A DNA stretch of 64,000 nt from Desulfatiglandales bacterium (GTDB taxonomy: Bacteria; Desulfobacterota; DSM-4660; Desulfatiglandales; HGW-15): NCBI GenBank assembly GCA_963667015.2, contig CAXXJJ010000004.1, positions 588,874 to 652,873 of the forward strand, given 5' to 3'. Shown in pieces: positions 1 through 11,624 of this stretch (the first letter of the stretch is position 1; each line of letters opens with the position of its first letter). The position numbers were made by a program, and so were the translations under genes. The notes below the pieces were generated by a model. That model was given only the letters and a program-made list of their open reading frames with translations. It was not told the DNA's origin and ran no database searches.

Positions 1-22
1 CTGTGAACCAGTTAATAAGCAC
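1..22 (-). CDS. Probable 5' end of ATP synthase F0 subunit b; the gene runs off the left edge
   Basis: GTG at 22..20 lies 3 nt after the c-subunit stop and reads V-L-I-N-W-F-T. The position matches the b gene in the N-ATPase order atpDCQRBEFAG. Only 7 codons are visible. Confidence 0.3.
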
Positions 23-25
23 GGC

Positions 26-304
26 TTACCCCCCGGCCTGAGAGATAAAGTAGTTCCAGAATGGGTTTGCAAAAATCAGAATCATCGCCACTACAAAACA
101 GTAAATGGCAGTAGATTCAACCATGGCCATTCCAACAAACAGGGTTCTGGTGATGGTCCCTGTCTCATCAGGCTGCTGGGCGATGGCGCTCAATGCCTGT
201 GCAAGAGCCTTTCCTTCACCAAGGGCCGGTCCAATTGCTCCTATACAGATGCACAACCCTGCGGCAAAAATAGAAGCCATGGCCACAAGTCCTAAATTAT
301 CCAT
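26..304 (-). CDS. atpE: ATP synthase F0 subunit c (proteolipid) of an N-type ATPase
   Basis: Lies within track ORF 26..403. The plausible start is ATG at 304 (MDNLGLVAMA...). Two-helix hairpin with helix 1 IGAIGPALGEG, polar loop AQQPDETG and helix-2 ion-site motif MVESTAIY. Confidence 0.9.
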   Translation of the reverse strand: MDNLGLVAMASIFAAGLCICIGAIGPALGEGKALAQALSAIAQQPDETGTITRTLFVGMAMVESTAIYCFVVAMILIFANPFWNYFISQAGG

Positions 305-323
305 AATATTTTCTCCTTTATCA

Positions 324-1001
324 TTATTTGGTTTTCTTCTGTATCTGCATGCCTGCTCCAATATAAACAGCGGCAAGAATGGCGAATATATATGCCTGAA
401 CAAGCCCGGTCAAAAGTCCCAGAAGTTGAATCAGGATAGGAACAAAGACAGGTGCAAGCATCAGTAGAATAGCGACTATCATTGTGCCGCTCATTACGTT
501 TCCGAACAGACGGACGGCAAGGGCGAGGGTCCTGCTGAACTCCCCTATTATATTGAATGGGAGCATAAAAAAGGAAGGCTGAAGATAATTACGAAAGTAA
601 TTAACTAATCCAATTTCGGAAACTGAATAGATAGGCACTGCAATGAATACGGCAATTGCCAATGCCGCAGTAGTTGATAACGAACCGGTTGGAGGTTGAA
701 ATCCAGGTATAAGGGAAAGGGTATTTGAGATGGCAACGAATAAAAAAAGTGTTCCCACAAAGGGCATGAACCTGTCGGGTTCTTTCCGGGTGATTTCCTT
801 TAGCTGCTGCCTGATAGCAGAAACAATAATCTCAAGAAAGTTCTGCCATCGTGGTATACTTTCACCGCTGCTTAGACGTCTTGTAATCAGCCATGAGCCA
901 AAGGTGACAATTACTATTACAATCCAAGTAAACAGAATTGTTGCGTTTATCTGTAAAAAGCCATGCTGCCAGTAAACAAGGCTGTCAGGACTAACATGCA
1001 T
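324..1001 (-). CDS. atpB: ATP synthase F0 subunit a
   Basis: 225-aa polytopic membrane protein. Carries the stator-Arg region LALAVRLFGNVMSG and a C-terminal LVQAYIFAILAAVYI, both typical of subunit a. Sits immediately upstream of the c gene. Confidence 0.9.
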   Translation of the reverse strand: MHVSPDSLVYWQHGFLQINATILFTWIVIVIVTFGSWLITRRLSSGESIPRWQNFLEIIVSAIRQQLKEITRKEPDRFMPFVGTLFLFVAISNTLSLIPGFQPPTGSLSTTAALAIAVFIAVPIYSVSEIGLVNYFRNYLQPSFFMLPFNIIGEFSRTLALAVRLFGNVMSGTMIVAILLMLAPVFVPILIQLLGLLTGLVQAYIFAILAAVYIGAGMQIQKKTK

Positions 1002-1003
1002 AT

Positions 1004-1291
1004 TTATTTCCTTTCACTCCCCGGCCCCAGTTTTTTTGTAATTACAAACCGGGTAATTACAAAGGCAATAAATGATATAATGAAGGGATAAAAACCATAT
1101 TTAACTGTGATCCAGAATCCTGCAAGTACCACGATTGTCCGTATTATAAAACTTATAAACAGGATCGACTTAAGTTTATTACTGCCTGCAGCCAGTTTCA
1201 GGGTATAATAGAGCCCGCCAAAATAAAAAACTGACAGAATGATACCCCATAGAGGTGCAATACAGTATATGACAATATCAGTCTTTGTCAT
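1004..1291 (-). CDS. atpR: Small 3-TM membrane protein in the AtpR position of the N-ATPase operon
   Basis: Lies within track ORF 1004..1345. The likely start is ATG at 1291 (MTKTDIV...), overlapping the upstream gene by 14 nt. About 95 aa and hydrophobic, with an intramembrane Arg (FIIRTIVV). The assignment rests on operon position. Confidence 0.65.
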   Translation of the reverse strand: MTKTDIVIYCIAPLWGIILSVFYFGGLYYTLKLAAGSNKLKSILFISFIIRTIVVLAGFWITVKYGFYPFIISFIAFVITRFVITKKLGPGSERK

Positions 1292-1596
1292 TTTCACGAT
1301 CCTCATTAATTTTGTTTCGCTGCTTATTGATCCAGAACCATGCATTTAGATATCCCATTATCAATCCCAGGACTATCAGCATAAGAGACCATGAATATCC
1401 TCCCTGCCATTTCAGATCTATCCAGATGCCCACAAACGCGCCTATGACAGTAGGAATAGAAACAGACCACCCGACCACGCCGAAGGTTCCAAGGCCAAAC
1501 CACACCTCGTCATAATTTTTATTTCGGGATCTGATTTTTCGTTTTTCACGCACCCCTACGCTGCTGAAAAAGTCCTGCTCTTTTTTTTTCCTGTTA

Positions 1597-1604
<8 letters not shown>
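1278..1604 (-). CDS. atpQ: AtpZ/AtpI-like small membrane protein (AtpQ of N-ATPase)
   Basis: Lies within track ORF 1278..1622. ATG at 1604 overlaps the epsilon stop (ATGCCTGA). Basic N-terminus followed by two TM helices, with GLGTFGVVGW...GAFVGIWIDLKW resembling the ATPase_gene1 family. Confidence 0.7.
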
Positions 1605-3461
<1,857 letters not shown>

Positions 3462-3588
3462 TTACCTATTCTTCCGGTTTATCTTTATTATCGGTCTTTA
3501 TACCAAGTGATTAGGGATACTTAACCGCGTCTTCCAATTTTGCCTGCAAAGGTCCCCAGAGTTCCGGATTATTTCATTTTAAAGTTAC

Positions 3589-3744
3589 CTATATAAAATC
3601 GTTTTTTTTAATTAGATGCATGCCTTCATAATTATTTTCGCTTTTTTCTGCTATCCGGCTGAACCATGTTGCAGGGATTTCTGCGAGCCAGTACAGGAAG
3701 TAACCAATGGTGATTGTAAGCAGAATAAAACTGAGTACAGGCAT
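3589..3744 (-). CDS. Possible 51-aa single-TM peptide (below the ORF-track cutoff)
   Basis: ATG at 3744 is preceded by AAGGAG at 4 nt spacing. Reads MPVLSFILLTITIGYFLYWLAEIP..., with the stop at 3589..3591. No homology recognised. Confidence 0.3.
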   Translation of the reverse strand: MPVLSFILLTITIGYFLYWLAEIPATWFSRIAEKSENNYEGMHLIKKNDFI

Positions 3745-3840
3745 ACATCTCCTTACTGTGACAATTGCTAAGGCAAATACACTTTACTTACAGGAAATAA
3801 GCCTGTCTGAAAACACGGGAGTTCTTTTCAGGCCTTTAAT

Positions 3841-4047
3841 CTAAACAGGCTTTTTAATGTGCTTCAGGTAACTGTTAAATAAAAAGCCAATAACAATTCC
3901 TACAACAAGCAGGATAAACATTAACAGTATTCTTGAAATACTTATTGTCCAGAAATAAAACCTGATATCCACAACAGCCGCATTCTGGACTATAAATATC
4001 ACAGCCATAAATATCAGCACAATAATGGCAGTTAATTTATATTTCAT
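3841..4047 (-). CDS. Small two-TM membrane protein (LapA/DUF1049-like)
   Basis: 68 aa. Two hydrophobic helices flank a short loop (VDIRFYFW), resembling the LapA-domain family. Confidence 0.55.
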   Translation of the reverse strand: MKYKLTAIIVLIFMAVIFIVQNAAVVDIRFYFWTISISRILLMFILLVVGIVIGFLFNSYLKHIKKPV

Positions 4048-4127
4048 ATTTAACCTTTGATAGTGAGTTTAATAAATTAACCCTCTTTAATAATGGAGGA
4101 ATCACGGACATTGACAGTTAATTAACT

Positions 4128-4150
4128 ACCCCGCCTAAAAGAAGCGGGGT
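4128..4150 (-). terminator. Hairpin downstream of the DUF481 gene
   Basis: ACCCCGC-9 nt-GCGGGGT, a 7-bp GC-rich stem about 60 nt after the stop at 4208. The flanking U-run is weak. Confidence 0.45.
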
Positions 4151-4207
4151 TTCTGTATAGATAATGCAACCGGGAGGAGCGGAGAAACTTGTCGGCTTTA
4201 GACTGAT

Positions 4208-5236
4208 TTAATTTTCAAACAGGTACCCCAGTGTGAACATCAGAGCCGTATCGGTATCCTCCCTGCCTGGTGAAGGGGTTTTTTCCCAGTCCCAGTTATA
4301 CTGAAGGGATGCATTGAAGTGCTTGAATAAAGGGACACGTATTCCGGTCCTGCTTTTAATAAACATATCATCCGAATTCTCCAGGCTCATAAATCCTTCG
4401 TGAAAATGGAATAACTGGAAGGCCTTATCGTAAAAGTACCTGTCCCAGGTAATTGCCCACCTGCCTGATGAATATGAATTGTCCGGTGCTGCAATATAAT
4501 TTTCACTCACATAATTTATACCTGCCTCAAGTGAAAGATTGGTTATTTTGGTTTCATAAAACTGATAACCGGACCCGATACCGATTAAAGACCGCAGACT
4601 CAGGTCTTTGAATCTATCCTTTTCAAAAAGTGCATTACTGTAGGCAAACCATTTTTTTGAAAAAAAGTGATCGTATTTAATATAGCCAAGTGTATTATTC
4701 TCTGTCTTTACTCCTTCGTCTTCTGTTCTGTTCAACTGAACACCCGCGGTATATCTGTTTTTCTCTGTTCTTGCAGAGAATTCACCGTCAATATGTTCAG
4801 TATCTTTTTCCGTATTTCCGCTTGTGTAGGTTAATCCCGCGTTTACCCTGACCTTTATCCTTACAGGAGGCTCTTTAGGCGGATTTATCGATTTAACATC
4901 AGCCATGGAAAAGGATACGGGTTCCTGAACCTTGCTCGTTGTGATTATCATTTTGTCCTGTTCAAAGCCCCGGGGACTGCCTTTTATCAGGCTGTCATCA
5001 CTCAACAGGACCGAAATCTCTTTTTCTGTTTTTATATCAGCTATCTCGGTCCATTTGATTCCGATTTCACCGGCGTAGGAGGTTTTTATAACGAGCTTGC
5101 CGTCCTTCATGGTAATGACTTCACCGGAAATCCTGTCGCCGTTTTTTGTAGTTATTTCATCTGCGTCAAGACTGGAAAAGCTAAAGATATTAATTAGTAA
5201 CAGTGTGATTATAAAACATTTATTAAAGGTTTTCAT
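4208..5236 (-). CDS. DUF481-family outer-membrane beta-barrel protein (YdiY-like)
   Basis: Signal peptide MKTFNKCFIITLLLINIFSFSS. Alternating beta-strand pattern, FSKKWFAYSNALFEKDRFKDLSLR and a C-terminal aromatic end ...GYLFEN. Confidence 0.75.
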   Translation of the reverse strand: MKTFNKCFIITLLLINIFSFSSLDADEITTKNGDRISGEVITMKDGKLVIKTSYAGEIGIKWTEIADIKTEKEISVLLSDDSLIKGSPRGFEQDKMIITTSKVQEPVSFSMADVKSINPPKEPPVRIKVRVNAGLTYTSGNTEKDTEHIDGEFSARTEKNRYTAGVQLNRTEDEGVKTENNTLGYIKYDHFFSKKWFAYSNALFEKDRFKDLSLRSLIGIGSGYQFYETKITNLSLEAGINYVSENYIAAPDNSYSSGRWAITWDRYFYDKAFQLFHFHEGFMSLENSDDMFIKSRTGIRVPLFKHFNASLQYNWDWEKTPSPGREDTDTALMFTLGYLFEN

Positions 5237-5386
5237 AACATGCTCCTTCCGGTTACGGGTTCAGCCCCGACTCAAAATTTAGTGTTAGAATTAGTTTTAA
5301 ACTATATTTTTGAAGATAGAATACTTGCTTGCCAAATGGTTAATTTATACTTGCAGGTCTTTTTCTAGTCAACAGTATTTATGATT

Positions 5387-6346
5387 TCACCCTGTATACA
5401 TGCGGTATCCAATATACAATGAGTAGAAAACAAGGAAAACAGCGCCTTCCCATCTGTCCAGTGAATGTTTTTTTAAGGTAAACATACTCAAAAACAGCAG
5501 AATGCTGGCGGCAATAACCACACCTATATCTATATTACTTGATAATGAAAACGGTATGGGTTTAATTACTGAACTGATACCCAGTACAAAAAGGACATTA
5601 AAGATATTTGATCCAACTACATTACCAACAGCTATATCCGCCTTTTTTTTATATGCTGCGGCAGCAGATGTGGCAAGTTCCGGAAGAGAGGTCCCAATAG
5701 CAACAATAGTCAACCCTATAAGGCCTTCACTCATGCCAAAGGATGAGGCGATTTTTACGGCTCCATCTTTTATCCATACCCCCCCTGCGGTAAGGCAGAC
5801 AAAACCGAGAATCACCATTATTAAGGACCTGAGAAACGAGTATTTGCCGGAAGGCACGTGTTCGGCCATCCCGTCTACATCGGAGGCAATTGAACATGAA
5901 TAGTAAATAAATATGGAAAAGAAAAGTAACAGCAGTAATCCGTCCGATCGTGTCAGAATGTTTTGTGCTTCATTATTTATCAACGACCCGTTAACCATAA
6001 TCCCGAGGGCAAGAATAGCAAGAAGGCTGAATGGAATCTCTTTCCATACAGTACCACTGGTTACCTTAAGAGGAAATATCAGTGATGAAATGCCAAGTAT
6101 CAGGAAAATATTTGAGATATTGCTGCCCAGTACATTACCAATAGCCAGGTCAGTATTTCCATTTATACTTGCAATGACATTGACAAACAGTTCAGGTGTC
6201 GAGGTGCCGAATGCCACGACAGTAAGACCGATAACAAGGTCTGACACATTAAAACGTCTTGCAAGAGATGATGAACCTTCAACAAGGATATCCGCCCCTT
6301 TTATGAGAACTAAAAAACCTGCAGCAAAAAGAATATACACGAGCAT
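5387..6346 (-). CDS. Ca2+/Na+ antiporter (CaCA / YrbG family)
   Basis: Two alpha-repeat motifs (GTSTPELFVN...GNVLGSNISN and GTSLPELATS...GNVVGSNIFN) in a 319-aa polytopic protein. Confidence 0.9.
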   Translation of the reverse strand: MLVYILFAAGFLVLIKGADILVEGSSSLARRFNVSDLVIGLTVVAFGTSTPELFVNVIASINGNTDLAIGNVLGSNISNIFLILGISSLIFPLKVTSGTVWKEIPFSLLAILALGIMVNGSLINNEAQNILTRSDGLLLLLFFSIFIYYSCSIASDVDGMAEHVPSGKYSFLRSLIMVILGFVCLTAGGVWIKDGAVKIASSFGMSEGLIGLTIVAIGTSLPELATSAAAAYKKKADIAVGNVVGSNIFNVLFVLGISSVIKPIPFSLSSNIDIGVVIAASILLFLSMFTLKKHSLDRWEGAVFLVFYSLYIGYRMYTG

Positions 6347-6422
6347 TGACAGAGCCTCAGCGAAAGGATCAATATATCTTCATAACCCTTTAATATTATT
6401 TAATTTATATCTGGATAAAAAT

Positions 6423-6701
6423 CTATTTGATGGTTATTAAACTGTTTAATGTGCCGTGCTCATTATAGACAACATTTTCATTTGCCGGGTCATGCCACCA
6501 TTCGTCACCCACAAGATATTTGTACTCATATGTTCCGGGAGGGATGATAACGGTTTTTGTCCAGACACCGTCTTCATTCTGTTTCATATGGTGTTTTCTG
6601 ATATCCCAGTTGTTAAAGGTGCCCGTAAGACAGACATCCTTTGCCCCCGGCGCTGATAGCGAAAATGTAACCCTTTTCCTTTTTACCCTCTTCTGTACCA
6701 T
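6423..6701 (-). CDS. Stand-alone glycogen-binding (CBM48 / AMPK-beta-like) domain protein
   Basis: VTFSLSAPGAKDVCLTGTFNNWD...DGVWTKTVIIPPGTYEYKYLVGDEWWHDP matches the CBM48 pattern. Confidence 0.8.
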   Translation of the reverse strand: MVQKRVKRKRVTFSLSAPGAKDVCLTGTFNNWDIRKHHMKQNEDGVWTKTVIIPPGTYEYKYLVGDEWWHDPANENVVYNEHGTLNSLITIK

Positions 6702-6853
6702 TTTCTTTTCTCCTGTAATCCGGAAAATTCGGTTATAATCGGATTTATTTCATAATGACATTATGAAATGCTTTCGAGGGATAAATATATCATATTAAGG
6801 GTCTGAATATCCAATAATAAACTTCTACAGGAAGGTAAGATCAACTGTGTAGA

Positions 6854-7789
6854 TCATTGATTTTCAACCTCACAACTTACCCCGTTCTTCAATTCAGGAT
6901 CAAGCTGCCTTAAAAGCGCCCAGGCCTCTTCGGCAGTTTCTACAAATTTAAAAAGATCAAGATCTCCGGGAGAAATAGTCCCCTCTTCCACAAACATCTC
7001 AAAATCAATCAATCTCTTCCAGTATTCAAGCCCAAAGAGCAGAATCGGGATAGGCTTTATTTTTTTAGTCTGAACAAGTGTCAGTGTTTCAAAAAGCTCA
7101 TCCATTGTGCCGAATCCGCCGGGAAAGACTATCAACGCCTTTGCCCGCATGAGAAAATGCATTTTTCTTATGGCAAAATAGTGAAACTGGAAGCAAAGCT
7201 CAGGGGTAATATACTTGTTCGGGTGCTGCTCAAATGGCAGGACAATATTAAGGCCGATACTTTCTGCCCCTGATTCATAGGCACCCCTGTTTGCCGCCTC
7301 CATTATGCCGTGTCCGCCCCCGGTTGTAATGACATAGGCCTTTTTTTCAGCCTTCTGGCAGGATAGGGATATCATTTTGGCAAGTTTTCTTGCCTCTTCA
7401 TAGTAATTACTGTTTTTGACCGCCCTTCTGGCCTTATTGAGTTTTACCAGCAGCTCGCTGTCTTCAGGCTGTTTTTTAAGCTCTTCTTCAACCTTTTCGA
7501 GCTCCTTTAATGCGGTTTCGTTATCCAGGGTCCTTGCGCTTCCAAAAAAAATAATCGTCGATTCTATACCCAGTTCCTGCTGTACCAGTTCAGGTTTAAG
7601 CAGCTCAAGCTGAAGCCTGATGGGTCTTAGATCATCACGAAGTATAAATTTGTCATCCAGATATGAGAGTTTGTAGGATTCGGATCTGGTCTGTGGTGTA
7701 TCAGCGGCCTTTTTTGAGGCCTCTGCCTCTTCATGTGCGTGGGAATAGGGACTTGCATTTTTTTTACCTGAGGGCATATAGTTCTCCAT
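6854..7789 (-). CDS. LOG-family (TIGR00730, lysine-decarboxylase-like) nucleotide phosphoribohydrolase
   Basis: GGGHGIMEAANRG and PGGFGTMDELFE motifs. Confidence 0.85.
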   Translation of the reverse strand: MENYMPSGKKNASPYSHAHEEAEASKKAADTPQTRSESYKLSYLDDKFILRDDLRPIRLQLELLKPELVQQELGIESTIIFFGSARTLDNETALKELEKVEEELKKQPEDSELLVKLNKARRAVKNSNYYEEARKLAKMISLSCQKAEKKAYVITTGGGHGIMEAANRGAYESGAESIGLNIVLPFEQHPNKYITPELCFQFHYFAIRKMHFLMRAKALIVFPGGFGTMDELFETLTLVQTKKIKPIPILLFGLEYWKRLIDFEMFVEEGTISPGDLDLFKFVETAEEAWALLRQLDPELKNGVSCEVENQ

Positions 7790-8003
7790 AATTAGTATTA
7801 TAAAATTTCAGCCAGCATATCCCGGCAGAAAAAATGATTCAATTATTAATTTAACTTAATTTATAATATTATTTGCCTACTGCAATTTATTCATGTTAAA
7901 AATATTCCATTAATAAAAATCGACAAGACACCGGCTATGTATAAATATAAATTTAACTCACCGGAAATATTAATGAACCAGATAAAAAGATGAGGATCAT
8001 ATA

Positions 8004-9380
8004 ATGAATCTTCAACGTATGTTAAGACCTCAAAGTATCGCAGTAATTGGTGTTTCTCTCAGTAATGACACTCATCCCGCTAATATAATATTTACCAAAA
8101 ACCATTTCAGGCAGCCTGTTAAGGCATACCCGGTCAATCCAAAGGGAGGAAAACTCCATGGCGATACAGTGTATACCTCCATCTCTGACATCCCTGACAA
8201 GGTGGATCTGGCCGTGATATCGGCCAGGGCTGAATTCTGCCCTCAAATTCTTGAGGAGTGTATCAAATCGGGAGCAGGTGGTGCGGCAGTAATATCAGGG
8301 GGATTTGCAGAGACAGGCAACATTGATCTTCAGAATAAAATGGTTCATATGGCTGAAGAGGCAGATTTCCCTTTTATTGGACCAAACTGTCTGGGATTAT
8401 ATGTCCCCGATGTCGTGGACACCTTTTTTCTGCCTTCCGAGCGCATGGTTAAGCCCGAAAACGGCAATGTAGCTGTTGTCAGCCAGAGCGGAGGAATTCT
8501 TGTTGATCAGATGGTCAAATTTGCAGGCGAGGGTGTCGGCATTTCACTGGGGTTGAGTATCGGCAACAAGGCTGTTATCGGCGAAATGGAACTGCTCGAT
8601 TATCTGATCAGGGACGAAAATACAGATGTTATAACATTCTACATAGAAGGCTTTGGGAACAACGAAGGCCGCGAGTTCATGCTGGCGGCAGGAAGAAGTC
8701 CCAAGCCGGTGGTAGTACTCAAGGCAGGTAAGAGTGCGGGAGGCAGCAGGGCTGTCACAAGCCATACAGCCAGCATGGGAGGAAATTATAAAATATTCTC
8801 GGATATAGCCCTTCAGCATAATGTTATAGAGGCAAAAAATGAGCAGGAGCTGATCTCATTCTGTGAATCTTTGAGCTGTTACCAGCAGTATAATCCGGGA
8901 AGACTCGGGATCATAACCGGCAGCGGCGGTCACGGAGCAATAGCGGTTGATTTCTGTGATGAGAGAGGTCTGTCTGTTACAGAATTTGACAGTAACTATC
9001 AGAATGAACTGCGGACAAAGCTCTCCCCGAGCATAGCGCAGATAGCATCACTGGGCAACCCGCTTGATCTTACCGGAAGTGCGACAGATATTGATTTTAT
9101 TCATATGGCTGAAGCCCTGAGCCGGCAGCCGGATATAGATTGTATTCTATTACTCCTGCTGCCGTATCTACCGGGCATTACGCTGGATATAGGCGCAAGG
9201 TTGAGCCAGGTCTGTCACAATGAAGGAAAACCGATGATTGCCTATGTACCCCATGTTGAAAGATACAGGATGCTTATCGAAGGATTTGAACAGAACAGGG
9301 TACCTGTTTCCCCTTCCATAGAAGGTGCGGTGCTCATGGCTGAGGCAATGAAAAGATGTAAACCATGTGAATTAAGGTGA
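8004..9380 (+). CDS. CoA-binding, ADP-forming acyl-CoA synthetase alpha-type protein (acetate--CoA ligase family)
   Basis: N-terminal CoA-binding fold (PQSIAVIGVS, VNPKGG), SQSGG and a phosphohistidine-loop-like SHTASMGG. No ATP-grasp partner lies adjacent. Confidence 0.75.
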   Translation: MNLQRMLRPQSIAVIGVSLSNDTHPANIIFTKNHFRQPVKAYPVNPKGGKLHGDTVYTSISDIPDKVDLAVISARAEFCPQILEECIKSGAGGAAVISGGFAETGNIDLQNKMVHMAEEADFPFIGPNCLGLYVPDVVDTFFLPSERMVKPENGNVAVVSQSGGILVDQMVKFAGEGVGISLGLSIGNKAVIGEMELLDYLIRDENTDVITFYIEGFGNNEGREFMLAAGRSPKPVVVLKAGKSAGGSRAVTSHTASMGGNYKIFSDIALQHNVIEAKNEQELISFCESLSCYQQYNPGRLGIITGSGGHGAIAVDFCDERGLSVTEFDSNYQNELRTKLSPSIAQIASLGNPLDLTGSATDIDFIHMAEALSRQPDIDCILLLLLPYLPGITLDIGARLSQVCHNEGKPMIAYVPHVERYRMLIEGFEQNRVPVSPSIEGAVLMAEAMKRCKPCELR

Positions 9381-9388
9381 GAGAAATT

Positions 9389-10303
9389 ATGTCAAAAAAA
9401 CAGATTGTCACAATCGTTATTTGTATTGTTATTTTTGGAGCACTTGGATTTCTTGGCTACAGAACGCTTGAATCACACTACAAAACCAATCTTGATGTCC
9501 TTGAACAGGAAAAAATCGAGTGGCAGGCAAAAAATGAAGAACTGACCGATAAAATCGTCTCTCTTAAAAAGACTGTATCTACCCTTACAGGTGATGCAAA
9601 CCTGGTTGAGGATGAGGATATCGTTTCAGAGGATGAGTCAGGTTCAAAGGCACCCGGTGATGATCTGGAGACTGCCGATCCAATTGAGGATGTTGAGCGC
9701 CGTATAGCCGCTTTTTTTGTGCATCTTGACCAGCAGGACTACATAAAAGAATATGATCTGGATGGGAGCTCCTACAACGAGTATGAAGAGATTATCCAGA
9801 AAATATCAGAAAAGCCGCCTCTTTTTGGAAATGAGACCGAATCCCTTTATAACATGTTTGTAAACATTGCGCACTTTTACAGGGCGCTGGGTAAAGAGAG
9901 AATATTCCTGGTTAAGAACGTGCTTGCCCATGAAAACGAGGATATTGAATCTACGATGAGGGATTTTTATTTGTGGTATACATATGACAGCAAGGATAGA
10001 AAAAAAATAAAGGGGCGTCCGTCTCAGCAGACTCTGTATGAATATGCAGGTTTCTTCCTTAACACCATTGGCGGCAGAAACTATCTCATGAGGCAGGAAT
10101 CAAAGATCCGGATACTCACCAGCTACTACAGTGTGCTGATCCTGGACAGGGCAAACGATATGAAACAGAACCCTAACGGGATTGATATAAGGCCATATCT
10201 GAGGCTTGTATTCAGTGATCTGTCCAATAAATCCGGATTTACATTTCACTATGAGTACATGAAAAATCTTAAAAGGCTGAAGGAAAAATATAATATAGAT
10301 TAA
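9389..10303 (+). CDS. Hypothetical membrane-anchored coiled-coil protein
   Basis: Lies within track ORF 9377..10303. ATG at 9389 is preceded by AAGGTGAG. One N-terminal TM helix, then coiled-coil and acidic stretches. Confidence 0.6.
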   Translation: MSKKQIVTIVICIVIFGALGFLGYRTLESHYKTNLDVLEQEKIEWQAKNEELTDKIVSLKKTVSTLTGDANLVEDEDIVSEDESGSKAPGDDLETADPIEDVERRIAAFFVHLDQQDYIKEYDLDGSSYNEYEEIIQKISEKPPLFGNETESLYNMFVNIAHFYRALGKERIFLVKNVLAHENEDIESTMRDFYLWYTYDSKDRKKIKGRPSQQTLYEYAGFFLNTIGGRNYLMRQESKIRILTSYYSVLILDRANDMKQNPNGIDIRPYLRLVFSDLSNKSGFTFHYEYMKNLKRLKEKYNID

Positions 10304-10310
10304 ACATACA

Positions 10311-11444
10311 TCAATATAAGGGGCATACTACAGTAAAGGTTGTGCCTTCCTCGACAGAGGAAAAAAATGTCACTTTTCCCTTTAATATCTTTTCACCAAG
10401 CAGTTTCATGGAGTAGGTCCCGGTGCCTCTGCCATCCTGCCCCTTTGTACTGAAGTTGCGCTGAAAAATCCTGACTGCCACTTCAGGGGGAATTTCTCCA
10501 TCATTCCAGACAGAAAACCGCAGTGATTCATAAAGCCTTTCCAGAGAAACCCTGATAATCCCTTCTTCATCTGTCGCCTCAAGGGCATTGATAATCATAT
10601 TGGACAGGACCCTTATAAGCAGAGTCACATCCGTGCTGAAGCTGATATCAGGATAATTCTCGGTAAATTCAATCTTTCTATCAAAACACAGGGGATGAGA
10701 GCTGAAACATGCCTTAAGCTCCTCAATTATTTCCCTGGTAGTTACCTTCTGTAGAACTATCTTATAGTCGGTTGATTCCCCCTGCAAAAGGAATTTCTGA
10801 ATATCTACCTCCCTTTTAAGCCTCATAACCGCCTTTTTAACCATATCGATAAGCTCAGAGGAGGACTCCAGTGCAAGGAGCTCTGTTGCACCGGACAATA
10901 TACTTATCATATTGTTGAGATCATGAAAAAATGTCCTCTCAAGGGCCGCTCGATGCATCTGCAGTGTAATATCCTGAAGAAACAACAGAATAAACCTTCT
11001 GGTCTCAATATCAATACACTGGGACTTTACCTTCAGGACCATTTCCACATCGGTATTATTCATTCTTGCTGACAATGCACAGATCTCTTCGGAAGGATTA
11101 CCTGATTCAATACTTGACACCATGGCGATTGCTGCTCCGCAGGTTGAGCAGTACCTGGTTGTGCCGCATCCGGAAGGCTCATCATTACAATGGATACAGT
11201 TAAGAATTTCTCCCGGTCTTAAACCCAGGGATTCTGAAGGATCGTCTATACCGAGCATTTTCAGGAAGGAATCATTAAGGGCAACCACCTGACGGTGTTC
11301 ATTTACTATGGCAAGCAGGCCGTTGACTGAAGTGAGCAGACCGGACATCACCGGGCTGCTGCTTATAATATCTATTTCAGATGCAAGCAGGTTACTGTCA
11401 GCTCTTTCAGGTGATGCAAAATATGTTTCCATGCCGAGTACCAT
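10311..11444 (-). CDS. Soluble sensor histidine kinase with a Cys-cluster PAS-like N-terminal domain
   Basis: H-box FFHDLNNMISIL, N-box NMIINALEAT, G-box GRGTGTYSMKL. No TM segments. Cys cluster CIHCNDEPSGCGTTRYCSTC at residues 83-102. Confidence 0.85.
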   Translation of the reverse strand: MVLGMETYFASPERADSNLLASEIDIISSSPVMSGLLTSVNGLLAIVNEHRQVVALNDSFLKMLGIDDPSESLGLRPGEILNCIHCNDEPSGCGTTRYCSTCGAAIAMVSSIESGNPSEEICALSARMNNTDVEMVLKVKSQCIDIETRRFILLFLQDITLQMHRAALERTFFHDLNNMISILSGATELLALESSSELIDMVKKAVMRLKREVDIQKFLLQGESTDYKIVLQKVTTREIIEELKACFSSHPLCFDRKIEFTENYPDISFSTDVTLLIRVLSNMIINALEATDEEGIIRVSLERLYESLRFSVWNDGEIPPEVAVRIFQRNFSTKGQDGRGTGTYSMKLLGEKILKGKVTFFSSVEEGTTFTVVCPLY

Positions 11445-11624
11445 TGTTATTGAACAAATAATGCAGATAAAACTATAACTTACATATGCTATATCTCTGC
11501 CAAATAAGAAACGCCTATATTTTCTCAGGATAAGGAAATTGTGTCAAATAATAACAATATAAGTATCGGTCAGCCGGGATTAATAACTTAAATAAATTTT
11601 TGATATTTCAGCATACTCCTTCTC

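Noticed and set aside
105-467. Many track ORFs lie antisense to or overlap strong genes. Examples: 105..467, 730..975, 2478..2744, 5502..5903, 5913..6440, 11641..12231, 21388..21909, 22412..22864, 31285..31851, 54677..55054 and 56000..56356.
   Set aside because: They lie entirely inside, or opposite to, ORFs with clear family motifs. They have low-complexity or repeat-derived translations and no RBS. They are shadow ORFs, not genes.
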